Shown: positions 36,337-50,381, numbered from the whole stretch's first letter. The stretch is 63,976 bases of DNA, filler included, from Piptocephalis cylindrospora (GCA_003614145.1; 3 parts of 3 records of this genome joined end to end with filler, not necessarily neighbours in it), one strand, 5' to 3'. The notes: a model not told the origin generated them from the letters alone. Translations and numbers: made by a program.

Positions 36337-37167
36337 ATGTCGACACAAAACATCATTCAAACACCAAGGAAAAAGCTATCCCTATGCTGCCAGCGACAGA
36401 GATACTCTTCGACCCAGCCTCGACACTATCTTGACCTATATCGCTTAGACTTGCCCACGAGTCCAGGCCAGGAGGGTGATACCCTCCCAAACCATCTTAT
36501 CGTCTTTATCCATGGCGGTGCATGGAGAAGTAATTCCCCTGATCAATTTTCTGAACAAGCCTCCCTTCTCTTTGACCATGCCGCCCATCCAGATCAGTTA
36601 GCTGTGGCCATCCCGGCCTACCGGCTGAGTCTGGCCCCGGATTGGCCTCAGCACCCAGCCCACCTGGACGACCTGACCCAGGCATTGACCCATCTCTCCA
36701 GCCAAGGCGTGACTCGACTTCATCTTATAGGCCATTCATGTGGGGCAACCCTGGCTGCTCAGTTGACCCTGGACCATCGGATTCCTCCGAATTTACAGCT
36801 CCAGAGTGTCGCGGGTATTGAGGGCATTTATGACCTCCCTGCCCTTGTCAATGACTTTCCTTCGTACGCAGACCATTTTGTCAATGATGCTTTTGGTAAA
36901 GATCCGGCTCAATGGACCAAGGCCTCCCCAGCTCATATGATCCTTTCTCCCTCCGCCTGCTTTGCGCCTATTCCATGGCTCCTCATCCAGAGCATGGAAG
37001 ATGAGCTGATTAACCTCACCCAAACATCCCTCTTTGCTCACGCCCTCGCTCAAGCTCACCCCGCACAGACCGTCACCGTTGACTCCACCTCCTTGACCGG
37101 CGCCCACGACCCCTGCCTCTCCAACTCTGTTTGGGCCATCCTTGCTCTTTCCCACGCTCAACTCTAA
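36337..37167 (+). CDS. Alpha/beta hydrolase, kynurenine formamidase (Bna7)-like
   Basis: VFIHGGAWRS oxyanion motif, YRLS..QHPAHLDD, nucleophile GHSCGA, EGIYDL, QSMEDELI, GAHD. Start codon chosen at 36337, although the ORF track begins at 36259. Confidence 0.8.
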   Translation: MSTQNIIQTPRKKLSLCCQRQRYSSTQPRHYLDLYRLDLPTSPGQEGDTLPNHLIVFIHGGAWRSNSPDQFSEQASLLFDHAAHPDQLAVAIPAYRLSLAPDWPQHPAHLDDLTQALTHLSSQGVTRLHLIGHSCGATLAAQLTLDHRIPPNLQLQSVAGIEGIYDLPALVNDFPSYADHFVNDAFGKDPAQWTKASPAHMILSPSACFAPIPWLLIQSMEDELINLTQTSLFAHALAQAHPAQTVTVDSTSLTGAHDPCLSNSVWAILALSHAQL

Positions 37168-37285
37168 ATCCTTCTTTCCTTATTCCCATGTACACATCGT
37201 TCCATTAATGGGTTTTGGCAAAAATAAATGAATCTATCCTACTCATCCTCATTTCCCCCGTCTTTCCCCCCCTCAGACCGCCGCA

Positions 37286-40200
37286 TCAAGAGGATGATGA
37301 TGGACGGGATCCCGCCGTCCTCCTCACAGTCTTATATCGAACCTTGTCATTGGCATGCTCCTCGGTCTTTCGCTTTCGTGCTGCTCGCTTTCGCGCGTGC
37401 TTGGCTAGCTTGAGTCGTGCATGCTCTTCCGGATCCACCATTGCCTGTACCACCCTTTGCTGTCGTCTCCCCTCCCGCACACTCCGGATCCTTTCCCGGA
37501 TTTTCTGTAACGCAGAGGCAAACTCGGTCGGGCCCACCCATCCCTCGATCAATCCAAGCACCTCTCTTCCTAGTTGTCGGACTCCCTCTGTACATGTGCA
37601 TAAATGAAGTATGGAGTGAACAGGTGAGTGTCAAGAGTCATACCTCCGCCCAATCCTAATACGTGTATGCTTACCTTCATCGTCTCCTCGGACCGTCTCG
37701 TCGTCAACCGTCCGATGAATGGGGTGAAGCATCGGGATGAGGCATCGGCGTAACGTCTCCTCGTCTCCTTGTTCTTCCTTGAGCCATTTAGCTACCAATG
37801 CAAACCATTGGAAAATCCATTTTCTCTAATCGATGATGAAGAGATGAGCGAAGAGATGATAATACACCTCTTCTATCCCTCACTCGACTTACCTTGACCG
37901 TCAACTTGTTTCTACCTCCGCATTCTCCACGGGCTTGGAACGATAGCCGCTTGACTAATCCCATAAACCTATCCTTGGCCTTCTTCTTATCCTCCTCCCC
38001 ATCCTCCTCCTCCTCTTCTTCTTCCTCCTCCTCCTCCAGCTCAGGTCCTGACCTAGAAGCCCAGAGGCACTTGCCAAGGTAAAGCACATTCTTCAGCCAT
38101 TGTCGGCCCATCCCATCGTCCAGTGACCTGACTCCGTACAACTGACCCACATGACCATCCAGCCAACGTCCAATATCCCCCCCGTGATCCTCACCCTTGG
38201 AACCAAGAGATATGAGCACTCTACCTTCTGACTCTTCCTCAAGAGGTCTCCGCGTCTTCCAGTCAATTTGAGCAAAAAAGGACCCAAGGAGACGGGACGA
38301 TTGGATTCTGCACCAAGGATGAGGGTGAAGTAGGAGCTTACCTACTGATCCCCAAATCCCTGAAGCCATAGTCTCCTCTCCTACGACACCTGGTCGTCCA
38401 TCCAAACCTTGGGTCTCCTCCCAATCCAAACCCTTGCCCCAGGCCACCATGGCCAGATAGGGGGTTTCCCCATCCAAGGTCCCCTCTTGAATCTTTCGCT
38501 TCTTTTCCTCCTCCTCCTCCTCGTCTTCTTCCACAATCTCCCCACGTAAACGACGCTCCTCCCGTTCCCAGGCAAGCACTGAAGAGGCAAGGACACGGGT
38601 AACCCCGGCACGCAGAGCATCAAATCGTTCAATCGCCCAAGTCCCACTCATTCCCTCGGTCAGCATCATCCCTTGCACTTGTAATGCCATCCTTACTCGC
38701 TTTCGCTCCTTCTCCGACATCACCGTTCCTTCCTCCGTCTCTCCTCCGATCCATTCATCCACCATCTTCCCAAGCTTCCGACGTTCTCCATCCCCTACAC
38801 GTCCTACCAGAAGCCCCACCATTCTGCCAGCCATCTCTCGACAACGTCGCTCCCGATCATTGGCGAGGATGAGACCAAGGGTCAGGAAGATCGCATCCAC
38901 GTATCGAGAAAGGATGGTCAGGTCAAACTTGAGTACCATCTGGTGCACCAACTCCAGCGCGCTCTCCCGCCCTCCAGAATGCGCATAGCCTTGTGCATTT
39001 CGTAGGATGGATCCCACTTGCACCCGCATCCTCTCTTTGCCCTGCGGGTACTCCAGGAGGAATTGGAGTAGCGCCGACCGCGCCTTCGACCGGATTCCGG
39101 CATCTGACGCGGTTACCGCCACCTGGCCAATTCGTTCCATTGCCTCATATACCTTGGCGACCACAAGCCGTCGGGATACAATCGCCCTGACCACCGCAAA
39201 TGCCGTGTCCAGCCTCTCGACTCCATCATCTAATCCAGAGGCCTTATTGGAGGGGTCCAACGACGGGATGACCAGATCCAGAAGCTCGGTGAGCTGCGCC
39301 TCATTCAGCAAACTTGTCTCTTCCTTGCCCCTCTCCCACTCCCCAGGTCTTCGGATAATCGCCGCCAGGAGCCGGAGGGATCCTTCCACTAAACCTCCTT
39401 CCCCATCCCCATCCTTGCCTCCGCCTCCTCCTCCACCACTAAGGGCCCCGGAACCGGCCATCGACATAAGGATTTCCAGGCATCGTCGAACCATAGCCCG
39501 TCCCGCGCTCATCAATCCGGGTAATCCGGGAATTCCCGTGACCAGCGCCGTAGCCACTCGCATCGCTCCAACTGTCGTCGAGGTCTGACGCGCGTACATT
39601 GCCTCCCCGATGGGACCCACTAGCTCGGCCAAACGGCGCATCTCCTTTTGTCCATGCACATCCAAAAGACTTCGGCGGATCACATTGCCGAGCAGCTGCA
39701 GGGAGAATCGGACGAGGTAATGCGCATTAGACCGATAGATCACATCTCCACCCGTGTAGATCGACCCGCCCTTGGGGATTCCCTTCCCCGTTCCGTCTCC
39801 ACTGCCGCCGCCAGCTGGCCGACTCAGCATCACCGAGTACGTATCCTCCAAAGCCCGAACCGGTCTATGGGAGATGACCTTTCCATCCACTTCTACGTCT
39901 CCTTCACCTACCGAAACCGCCTTCTTTCCTTTCTTTCCTCCCTTTCCCTTCTTCCCCATACCAAGCTCCAGAGGCTGAGTCAGAAGAGCATGGCACAAGA
40001 CCAAGAGCTCCTCACGCTCCCCCGCTTCCGTCTCCTTTCTCTTTCCTAGCTTACGGAGATACCCGGAGCTCACTCGCCGTAGCACCTCTTCTACCTTCCG
40101 TAACACCTTTCCACTTTCCGTCGAAGACAAAATTGCCTTGAGGGGTCCGACTAGCTCCACCAATCGACCAGCATTCACAACCCCGGCCAATACTTCCAAA

Positions 40201-43200
40201 GTATCATATGTCTTGGGTGCATGGGCTTCATGCACCTTGGTACCCGCAGGGGCTCCTTCAGATTCATCCGAAAAGATTCCATCTATCGAGATCCCCACGA
40301 TCCTACTTAAGCAGCCCTTTCCATCTCCAGAGTCGGAAGCACTTCCAACAACGACTTGAACCACCGTGACCTTTCTAATAGAGTCCTCAGATCCTTCCTC
40401 CTCCTGCTCGACCAAACCAGAAAGAATGGTATGAACCGTGTGTGATAGGACAGCCTTTTGATATCCGCCTCGAGGAAGGGCTGATTGAAGCTCACGTACC
40501 ACCACCGGAAGGCACTCAGGGCCGAGGAGGAGGCAAATCCGCAGAAGCGTCTCCCTCACCGTTCGACGTACATCCTCACTCCTGGATCGAAGTAGCTGGC
40601 ATAAAGCGGTTAGAAGCCCGGGAAGTTGTCTTTCCCGCAGAGAAGCTGGAAGACGAAGAAGAAGCTGGGCAATGGCTAGAGCAACGGGCACCCGAAGAGC
40701 CAAGCCTTCCACCTCTGCATGGTCTGCCTTCTTGGAGAGAGTAGACGTATTAGCTAGCATACTTCCACCTCCGCCTCCAACTGTGGCATCTGGATCCGTC
40801 CGTTTCGTTAGGAGACGGAAGAGCGCCGGGATGAGTCGGGTCTTGAGAGTCATATGAATAGAAGTAGCGTCCACCATATCCGCATCCTTCTCTTCCTCTC
40901 TCTCTTCCTCCTCCTCCTCCTCCTCCTCCTCCTCCTCCTCCTTCTCTTCCTCTGCCAATTTGTCATCTTCCTCCTTTATCTCTTTTACTTCCACCGCGCT
41001 ATCAGAAATATCCAAATCTACAGAGGAAAGATCAAAGTGCCAGGCATCAAGGATTGCCATCATCACACGAATTCCCACCTTTTCCCTCTTTCCTTCTCCG
41101 TCCTCCTCACTATCCTCCTTCTTGTCCTTCTTATCCTTACTATCCTTCTTGTCGCCCTTGCCCTTGGTGGTACCCTTTCCTGGAGCACCCTGTCGAATCC
41201 AGTAAAGGTATTGTTGAAGGAGAGTAGCATAGGAAGTCCAGGATAAACACCGAGAAATGGCACCAACTGCATCAATCGCAGCACTGATCAGGTTATGATC
41301 CCGAACAATGCCTTCACCTCCGCGGATGGTCCCTTCAAAGATAGGGAGAATCAGTTGCTTCCACCAACGTTCATCTACCCTAAGAAGCTCCTCATGACCG
41401 GAGGAAATTTCAGTGGCAAGACGTCGGTAGGCACGGAGACGACGATGCTGTTGGAGGTGGTAAGCGTTGCTGAAAAAGGCAGCTTCCTCATCACCACGGG
41501 CAAGAAGAGGCTGAAGTTGCAGCGCCCAGGGGAACCGGGGAAGAGAAGAGAAGCGCCGGACCCCTGAAGCAAGGAGTGAGAGCCACTCGGAGCGGACACG
41601 CTCCTCGGAATGTTGTAGACCCCGGCGAATATGGGGGTAGATGAGGTGGTGGATGAGGGCCGACCACTGCGCCTCCTCTTCATCTTGATTACTCTCGAGG
41701 ACTTGGGCAACCCGCTCAATGCATCGATCTACCAGGAAAGTGGCAGCAGTTTGGATGGACAGTTCCCCGGTAATACCAATGTGCTGGAATGCCGTATATA
41801 GTAGTGGGGCCCAAGCGCCAGGACTTATGGTAGTCCAACAACCCTCGTTTACCTGTGCATATCCGGCAAGACGACGATCCCAATCGGGTTCCTCCATACG
41901 CTTTACCGAATAGGAGGTCATATCCTCTAGGAGAGGCATAACCCGGTCGTCAGTCTGCTCAGAGCGAGCTTGCTCCAGGGAGGAGAAGAGATGAAGGAGG
42001 AGAGAGATGCTCTCCCGAGAGGTCTCATACTCCCATAGGGGGCAAACTTGAGGATAGTAGGAGAGGCAGGTAATCCGCTTAGCCTCGGTCTCCTCCTCAC
42101 CCGGATGGGAGACAACATCCTGCACCATGACATGAAGGAAAGATCCAACTGTACGAAGTAGGTCCCGGTGGACTGGAGCAGGAATGGACCTGGGGCCCTT
42201 ACGCAAGAAGGGAAGGAGGAGATGAACGAGCTTGGAAGCACATTGCCACATCTCCTGTCGGGAGGAATCTGCACCTTGTTGCCGAGCTTCAACGAGCGTC
42301 GCCAGCTTGGAGAGGATAGTGAGCTCGCGTCTACGTGAGGAAGCTCCGTATCCAATCATGGTCATTGCCTCGGATTTTCCAAGTACTTGCTCCAGCTGTC
42401 CGAGGATATAAACGAGGTGCTCATTAAGAAGAGTATAGGCCGCAGTATTTTCCTCCTCCCACAAATGGAGAAGGGACTCCAGCATGCCTTCGACATTAGC
42501 CATTACATGGGCCTTGACTCCAGGAGCTGTAAGAAGACCAACGGTTCCGACAAAATACCCGGGTTCGACCAAGAAGCCGACATAGGCGGGACGAGAGGCC
42601 CAGCTGGTCACAAGGTCCAGAAGGGCTGAAGGGCCTTGAGCACCCTCTAAGGCCAACCGACGAATCCTTGGCCCGAGAATCTGATTATGGAGGGCAGGAA
42701 GGAAGGGTTGGATGGAAAAGACGGTGGAAGTAGTCAAGTCGACAGGGAGGTTGAAAATTTCGACGAGTCGCTTCATGGAGTGTCGACGAATAGACCGAAG
42801 AGTCACGGCCTTTTCCTTTTGCGGGATGGACACTTCTTTGGTGGGAGATGATTTGGTATCTTCCTTGTCCTGCTTATCGCTCACTTCTTCCTTATCCTCC
42901 TCTTCATTGTCTTCGTCATCTTCGTCGTCTTCCTCTTCATCCTGAGTCTCTCCATCTACCTCCATAGGTTCATCCTGGACATAAGCAGAATGTAAGATGC
43001 CCATGAGAAGAGGAAAAAGGGTGGGGAGATGTCGAGGAAGATAGCCTGCCCATTGCTTGGTCATCAGATGTAGCATATGCAAGAAGCCCATTTGAACCCG
43101 ACTGGTCGGAAGGGGCCTATCCTCTTCGGGGTTTTCGTGAGATACAGAGGGGAATGCCTTCACAGCCAAATCCACAAGGAGGGAACGACCCAGCTCATAG

Positions 43201-46200
43201 GGAGAAAGAGCGCCCAGGAGGGTGCCGACCCGCTTGGCCTGTTGCTTGGCTCCTCCTCCGCCCTTGCGTTTCTTTCCACCCACGACTCCGGGCTTACCCC
43301 CGCCTCCACCGCTGCTACTCACAATCTGACCATAAAGGAGACGAACAATGTAGGGGAGAAGGGCTTGGCTTACCTCCTCGGTCTTCTGAACAGTTACATC
43401 CCCGTCATCCGAGCCAAGGAGGGACAGTAGCTCCTCCTTTTGCCGAGCAGGATCCAAGAGGGCCTCCAGCTGGTCCCCGTAAGTCTTGACCATGGCTGGT
43501 CTCCATGCTAGGAGAAGACGAAGGGAGGAGCGCTGGAGCAGGGTCTCAGGGTCAGAAAGGAGAGAAAAGGCGACATCTCTGACCTCGGAGGCCCTGTACA
43601 TAGCCCCGGGATTCTGGAATTTGGACATGAGTCCGACTAAAAGCACGGTCCAGCGACGGGCCGTCCCACGGGTAACTCCAGGGAGGGCGCTTTCATCGTA
43701 TGTAAAGTCGGCTTGACCATTCATCTCTCCAAAGCCCAAAGAATGAATAGTAAGGAAGAATGGGACAAGGACACGGTGGTGTGTTTCGGCCAGAAGGACA
43801 GGTTGCTTCTCCAAAACACGGATCAGCTGGGCAAATAACTGATAATCATCAACGGTACGAGACCATTCACTTGCCAGGGACTACCATTGGGGGATACAAG
43901 GATGATTAGTATAAAGGAAATAAAGAGCATTCGTCTCCCCCATGTATGATCATAAAATTACCTGGATAGCTAACTGAGGCAGATGGGTAAGGGGAGCCTG
44001 AGCCTCGGAGGTCGCCAAGAAAAATGCGCCTTGCAGTCGCTCCAGGGTAGTGCATCGGAATGAAGGACCATCCACCTTACCGAGGTAAGGGTTGAGATGT
44101 TGAGCCTCGGTCTTCTCGGCCTCCCTAGTACGCTCGACCAGGGTGGAGAGAGGATAGGGAACTTGAGTGAGAGGATCAACAGAGTCCTCTGTATCTTCGG
44201 CAGGGTAGTGGGTCAAAGAACGAAGACGAGCCCAAAGCACGTGCCATACTACATGGGCCTCATCTTTGCCGATCTGCGACACATTACTCAGAGCATTCAT
44301 GGCTGAAGGCCATACCAGGCTAAATGGAATACTCAAGGCAGCTATAACGAGGGTATGGGACGATAAGTCAAGACAAGGAGCAAGTGGGAAGGGAGGGGGC
44401 GAATATGACTTACCAAGACACAAGAGAGGAACAACATGAACGTAGGGCTGGGCAACCCGTTGGTTGGCCTCCTCAAAGGTCATTAGCCTTTCCAGTCTCC
44501 GAAGTCTGACCACTCTTTCTCTATAGGCCGTGACCGTAGCGGGGATCCTTTCCATTTCCAGAGCTAAGCCAAAGAGCTGTGATGGAGAGTAAAGAAATGA
44601 TGAGATATTGGTTGATATAGGTCCTGGGATCCAAGGATCACACGTTGGTACTTACAGGCTCAGCCAAGGGCTTTCCTCCTTCACTGGCCATGCCACTGAC
44701 AGATTCAATGGCAGCAAGGGTCTCCAGCGCATGGAGGCGTACGGCATCAAAAGTGGAGGCAAGGGTTTTGGGGCCCAACACTCCATAAACCTTCAAGAGT
44801 AAGGATGGAGTACAAAAAGTTTTGATTTCCCTATATGTGTGGAAATGGATGAGTGGAGGCATCTCCAGGATGAAGTGAGAAAGAGGAGTTAACTTACGCT
44901 GTACTCTGGACAGTTTGCCCTGCAGAAGAGATGACAGCATTGAGGAGGGAGGCAAGGCCAGCGAGAGAAGAGGGCTGCTGAACCAGGCTGGATAGAAGGG
45001 CGGCGGAAGAGAGAAGAGAGCGAGCAACCTGAAAGACCATGGTTCTCATCTCTTCGACCACCTTGTTTCCCCCGGTGAATGAAGTGAGGAAAGAGCCCAT
45101 GGTGGTGCACGCTTCACCAAAACAGACGTGTAGAAGGTCAGTGGTGGTAGAGTGTGACGAGATCATCACCTCGACACATTGATCGATCAATTCTGTGAGG
45201 GATACAAGGGTCTGCTTCAAGCCTAAGTGGTCACCTTCACGTTCCCAAGAAATGGAGAGGTGTTTTGCAAGCCGAAGGGAGATGATCCTGTTGATGAGGC
45301 GAGGGACTTGCTTCTGTGCATGGTACGAAATTCGCATTATAGGGAGAGGGTGAGATGGGCGTAAACCCATGAGGCGTCTTACCTTTACTAAACCATTTCC
45401 CCGAGTGAATGGACTTACTGAAGTTTCCTGGAAAATGTCATCCTTTGTGAAGCCAATAGACTCGTCCATTTCATTGGCCAGGAAACTGGAATCTTCAGTG
45501 GCTCCTTGAATGAGCCGATCAGGAAAGTTAGAGTGAGAAGGGAAACGTAGGAGTCGAGAGTCGGTAAAGACGCTGTGGAGGGAGGCAAAACCTGCGGTGG
45601 AATCCAGGCACTTGGATTCCTTGACCCTCTCTATCAGGCTTAAGAGCATGGATATCGTGGAGGTGGGATACGGAGACGCGTCGTGCTTGCAACCATCATC
45701 TAGGTATTTGATTACTAGAGGCAAAAGGTATGCAGGCATATCCTTCCACTCGGATAATCTCGCCAGAGCCTGGACAAATAGGGTAACTTCTTCAGATTTA
45801 CCCTGGGAAAATACGGTGTTGAGGATGGCCTTTCCGTATTTGAGCATCTCCTCCATCGACCCATATACCACCATGGGAGCTACAAAGAGCAGAGTGGCAT
45901 ATCGAAGGGCCGGGGAGGCCTTGGAGTTGGGGGAAAATGTCAAAGAGGCTTGTGATTGAATGCATGCCCAAATGACCTTTCGATCTGTATAGAATAAAGA
46001 GGAAAGATGAGAAGGATTTAGGGCGTACGATTCCATCAGCTTTGATGCTACCAAGACACTTACCGTGTATCCGAGCACTCCTACGTGTTGCGCACATCTG
46101 AGCGAGGAGATAGTTGTAGAGAAGGAGATGATGTGTCGTGGTGGGGGTGGGATCAGCGGTATAAGAAGCCAAGGCTGACTCCCAGCCCCGAATATATTCT

Positions 46201-47198
46201 TGCCACACGCTGGTCATGTGCTCGGCCCTAGAAAAATGACAGAGCTGGACAGAGAGAAGGGAGAGGATGTGAAAGGCATGAGATGCTCCGGAGGTCAAGC
46301 TAGCCTGGATGAGTCCTCCAAGGCCATGACCCATATCCTCAGGAATTTCACTTGACACATCTAGTAACTTGATGTCGGTGCCATCTTCCTGGGCAGAAAG
46401 GGAGGCTAGGATGTCCCGAAGAAGGATAGCAGTACGTGAGTGGAGGTGATGATCTACGCTCCGAACGGCCTCGAAGAAGAGTTCGGCCACACCCTCTACA
46501 TAGGCTGTAGAGGGATGGAGACGGACATCCTCCATGATACCAGCGATGAGGATGGATAGAGGCTTCCCTCGGGTCCGACGTAGAAGATAGGCAAAAGACT
46601 GGGCGGTGAAGCGACGAATGTACGACCGGACCTCCTGAGCCCCTAGGTAAGGGGAGATCATACGGTAGGTGTCCAAGGGCTGCAGAACGATGTCGTTGGC
46701 GAGAAATTTGTAGAGATAAGCAATACAATGAAAGGTCCATTCGACCACCTGGACATCTCGGAATCGGAGAAGATCCAGAATGGATCTAAGAAGACGAGGG
46801 TAAAAAGGATAGAATTCGGACTGAAGGTCCTTGGCGAGCATGGTGGTAAGGTCAAGCAGGGGCTCGAGGGCTAGGGAGTCGGCACGGGTGATGTACGTGT
46901 CGAGCAGATCAACAATATCCTTCTGGTGGTAGAGTAACTGGGCTAAGGAGTTGGAGAGAGGCAGGACGCGGATGATAAACTCTTTATAAGTAGCGCTCAA
47001 GTTGAGATCCCTCCACCGAGTTAGGGCATCGTGAAAGTAGGAGGTCTCGATCTCGTCCAGGGCCCCCTGCTTCCCGACTTTCCTGAGAGCTGTGGTGACT
47101 TGGAGGGTCTCCACGCGTTCCCGGAACGACTGGTATCTGAAGCGGTTGGAGCCCTCACCCTTGTTGAGTGTTTTCATGCTGGAATCTGAGTTCGCCAT
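37286..47198 (-). CDS. UTP20: U3 snoRNA-associated HEAT-repeat protein Utp20 (multi-exon)
   Basis: N-terminal RFRYQSFRERV..SYFHDALTRWRDLNLS..LPLSNSLAQLLYHQ..LALEPLLDL..LAKDLQSEFYPFY. Also EPDWDRRL, FFSNAYHLQQHRRLRA, QFLLEYPQG and C-terminal RRQQRVVQAMVDPE. ORFs are linked by frame-consistent GT-AG introns. Confidence 0.95.
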
Positions 47199-47801
47199 GG
47201 CAGTTGGCGGCAGCACTTGGGATGGGGGTCCTATGGAAGAGGGTGATGGGTTCGGAGAAGGGAGAGAAAAAGGGAGGGAGAGACAAGCGTGAAAGCAGGT
47301 TGCAGGATGGGGATGGGGATGGAGGAGAAGGAGTGATGTTCCAGTTTGGACAACGGGGTGGATTTGACAGAACAGAAGAAAAAACAAAAATGACCAGCCC
47401 ACCCGCCAGGCGCGACAGGGATGCTGATACGGTATGGCGCACAGAGGGACAGGGTTCTGCTGGTCGGTCAGGACGAGGGAGAGATAGGAGTGGGTGGCCT
47501 CACCATATCCCCCAGTGCCTTCAATAGAAGGCTTGAGGGCGGTCCATAGAGGGAGGTCGTGCCAACACACACCAAATGAGAGGCCAAAAGTAAGAGGAAA
47601 AAAAGAAAAAAAAGCCCACACGCATTCCACACCTAGAGGGTGCCTTGGTCAGGGTCATGACATTAGGATCAGCCCTAAAAGGTTTTAAGGCCTTGGACTA
47701 TTTTTGAACAGGGTGACAAGGGTCATTGATTGAGCAGTAAGCTATCCATCTCAGCCACGACCATTGCCTTCCCTTGAACTCTCCTGACGTTGATAACATC
47801 T

Positions 47802-48512
47802 ATGATCTCCTGGCTTACTTCCAAGTCGGCTACGCAGATCCTGCAATCTTCGGGAACCTGGGGCAAGTGTGGTCTTCGAACCTCCACCTTGCGCAAACCC
47901 AACCTTTCTTCTCTCACCAAGCATCTCAAGCCTGATGGGCTCAAGGGATACCAGAGACGAGCGAGGCTCAAGGAAGCTATACGCACAAAGACACGACCTG
48001 TGTCGGAGCAAACCCGGGGTCATATCCCCGTACGATTCCGTCTGGGGGCAGTAGTGTCGGATGTCAAGGTGGCCCAACGTACTCGTCCTGGCAAGGCCAA
48101 ATCGAATGGAGAAAAGGTGCGAAATACAGAGAGGACAGGAGATGGTAATGCCAAGGGAAAAGACTCTGTATTCTTCCAGCCCGGATCCAAGGGAAAGTCC
48201 ATGAAGGAGATGACCAAGGAGGCCAAGGGCGCGACCATATCCTCGATTGAGACCAACAGCACCCTCCCGATCGTGGATCTGCCAATTCGAGAGGCCCTGA
48301 GTTCAACCACAGTATCTCTTGTGCAGGAAAGCCTCCCAAATGGATCGCCCCTACGGGATGATCCCGGACTGCTGGCCACGCCTATCCAGTCCTCAGCAGT
48401 ACCCACGCTCCTTGACCTGGGGCCCAAGGGTTTGGGCCGATCCCAAGATGGACGCCACTTTATCCTGGCAGCCGAGACTGGTACAGGAAAGACACTGGCT
48501 TACCTACTTCCA
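47802..48512 (+). CDS. 5' part of a mitochondrial DEAD-box helicase (Mrh4-like), truncated at contig end
   Basis: Presequence-like N-terminus, Q-motif TPIQSSAVP and motif I ILAAETGTGKTLAYLLP. The sequence then switches to a copy of 47463-47517 before the gap. Confidence 0.7.
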
Positions 48513-48567
48513 GTCGGTCAGGACGAGGGAGAGATAGGAGTGGGTGGCCTCACCATATCCCCCAGTG

Positions 48568-48667
48568 NNNNNNNNNNNNNNNNNNNNNNNNNNNNNNNNN
48601 NNNNNNNNNNNTTAATTAATTAANNNNNNNNNNNNNNNNNNNNNNNNNNNNNNNNNNNNNNNNNNNN
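48568..48667. other. Artificial contig spacer (N44-TTAATTAATTAA-N44)
   Basis: Same 100-nt linker as 24236-24335. Confidence 0.97.
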
Positions 48668-48915
48668 CGCTTTCCTTTGCCCCTTTCCTTAGTACTTATG
48701 TTTATCCTATGGAACGGTTTAATGAATATCATCACCATCATCATTACCACCATCGCTATCTTCAATTACCATTGCCATCGTGTTGCTAGGTTTTTTGTAG
48801 GATGTGGATAGCAGTAAAGTGTAATTAAATAATACTCCTCGAAGAAAGTATTACCTGGAAGTATTACTAACTATAATTCTGATAATAGAAAATATTTAGT
48901 GAAAATGAAAATTAT

Positions 48916-48986
48916 GCGTCGGTAGTTCAATGGTAGAATTCTTGCCTTCCAAGCAAGAGTCCCGGGTTCGATTCCCGGCCGACGCA
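48916..48986 (+). tRNA. tRNA-Gly (anticodon TCC)
   Basis: Acceptor stem GCGTCGG/CCGACGC plus discriminator A, D-arm TAGTTCAATGGTAGAAT, anticodon arm CTTGC-CTTCCAA-GCAAG, T-arm CCGGGTTCGATTCCCGG, 71 nt, downstream T-run terminator. Confidence 0.97.
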
Positions 48987-49174
48987 TCGTCATTCTTTTT
49001 GTAGCATCGTTGCTTTCAAAACGATCCTCATTCTAACAACACAGATCTCTTCATGGATATACTGAATTCACACAGCGTATTGATTGCAATCTCAAATGAT
49101 AATAATAGTGCTTTGAGTATTGTGTTTTCATTCATATCACGTCAATTCTCCGCTGGGTGTGACCTGTGCATCCA

Positions 49175-50019
49175 TCATAACATCTTGGTCTTACTGAACT
49201 ATAGTAACATAAGATCAAAACAGAGGGGAAAGTGTGAGATGTTTCATCTTGGTCCTCACCCAAAAACCACTCCACTTACATCCATTTCCGGGTGGGCATC
49301 TTGGAATTTCTTTAGCGCCTCCATCTTTTTGAGCTCATCACTCGATGGCTGGCCTTGAGCCTTTTGCCGCTGATCAAACATCATTTTTTCCACCATCCCC
49401 CGGGTTTCCCCATCAAGATCCTCCAATCGAGAGTTCTCGGGAGCAAGCTTGGAGGTATCAATTTCTGGAGCTCCCTGAACCACCGACTTCCACCATTGCT
49501 GACGATCCGACTTTTCCAGATGAATGAACAGGAGCTTTTGATCCTCTACGGTCCATGTGCACTCCTCCTCCTGGACACTATGGGTAAGTTTCCCCTGAAA
49601 GGCATAAATGTAAACCAAATACGATTAGACGTAGGATAAGCGGGTATGGATGAGAAAGGGCATGGCATACACGTACCTCCAATACAGGCTCGTCTTGCCC
49701 TGGGACCTGGACACGAATGGATGTGGTAGTGATGCTGACCTTGAGCATCTTTGCCCTGGTGCCCACCGGTAAGGAAATAGACACGTCAAGGTCAGCGAGA
49801 GTTTGTTTCCAGCGATAGGGGAGGGCTATAATAAAGGACGAGCGGGGCCCATGCCGGGGGAAATTCAAGGCAATGGGGATGTCAGTGATGTGCTGGCATC
49901 GGGTGATCTTTCTGCGCGTCTACAACCAGTCAGCCTGATCCTCAAAGTAAATTACCTTCTTGCTCCTGTTTTTCCTTTTGAAGTTGCTCAGCGGTGCTGG
50001 TCGACTCTGGCGTAGACAT
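49175..50019 (-). CDS. nudC: Nuclear movement protein NudC (CS domain), 4 exons
   Basis: LPYRWKQTLADLDV..EECTWTVED..IHLEK..WWKSVV.GAPEIDTSKL.PENSRLEDLDGETRGMVEKMMFDQRQK..KKFQDAHPEMD|FSKTKML*. Confidence 0.95.
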
Positions 50020-50381
50020 GGTGGAGGTGAAGCGGTGAAATACTGGGAGAAGATAAGAATGTGGTGTTGAAAGGAAAGTGTGCGGTGTTGTGAGATGGGA
50101 AGGGCGTGGTTTGGTGTCTAGCCTGATAATGATGAAATATGCACACCCCTTCAGCTTCCAACGCGATACCCACTTGAGTAGGTGCCCGGGATAAAGTATA
50201 AATGCGTTCGATCCGTTCATTCATCATGCGTCAAACCGAGTATCCATCCTCTCTCACCATCTCTAGATCAATCTTGAGCCCACCTCACCTCAGCTGAACC
50301 CAGTATCTAGTACGCTCAGTATCACATGTTTTCGTTTTCTTTATCCTCTTCTTTCACGCATACAGTCAGTTCTTTCTCCGC

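Noticed and set aside
37894..43716. Many antisense and alternate-frame ORFs inside UTP20 (and other long genes)
   Set aside because: Shadow ORFs produced by codon bias and poly-Glu (GAG) runs, with no independent coding signal.
49827..49955. Longer NudC intron with CTGA motifs (possible intronic snoRNA)
   Set aside because: No canonical box C and no recognisable rRNA guide.
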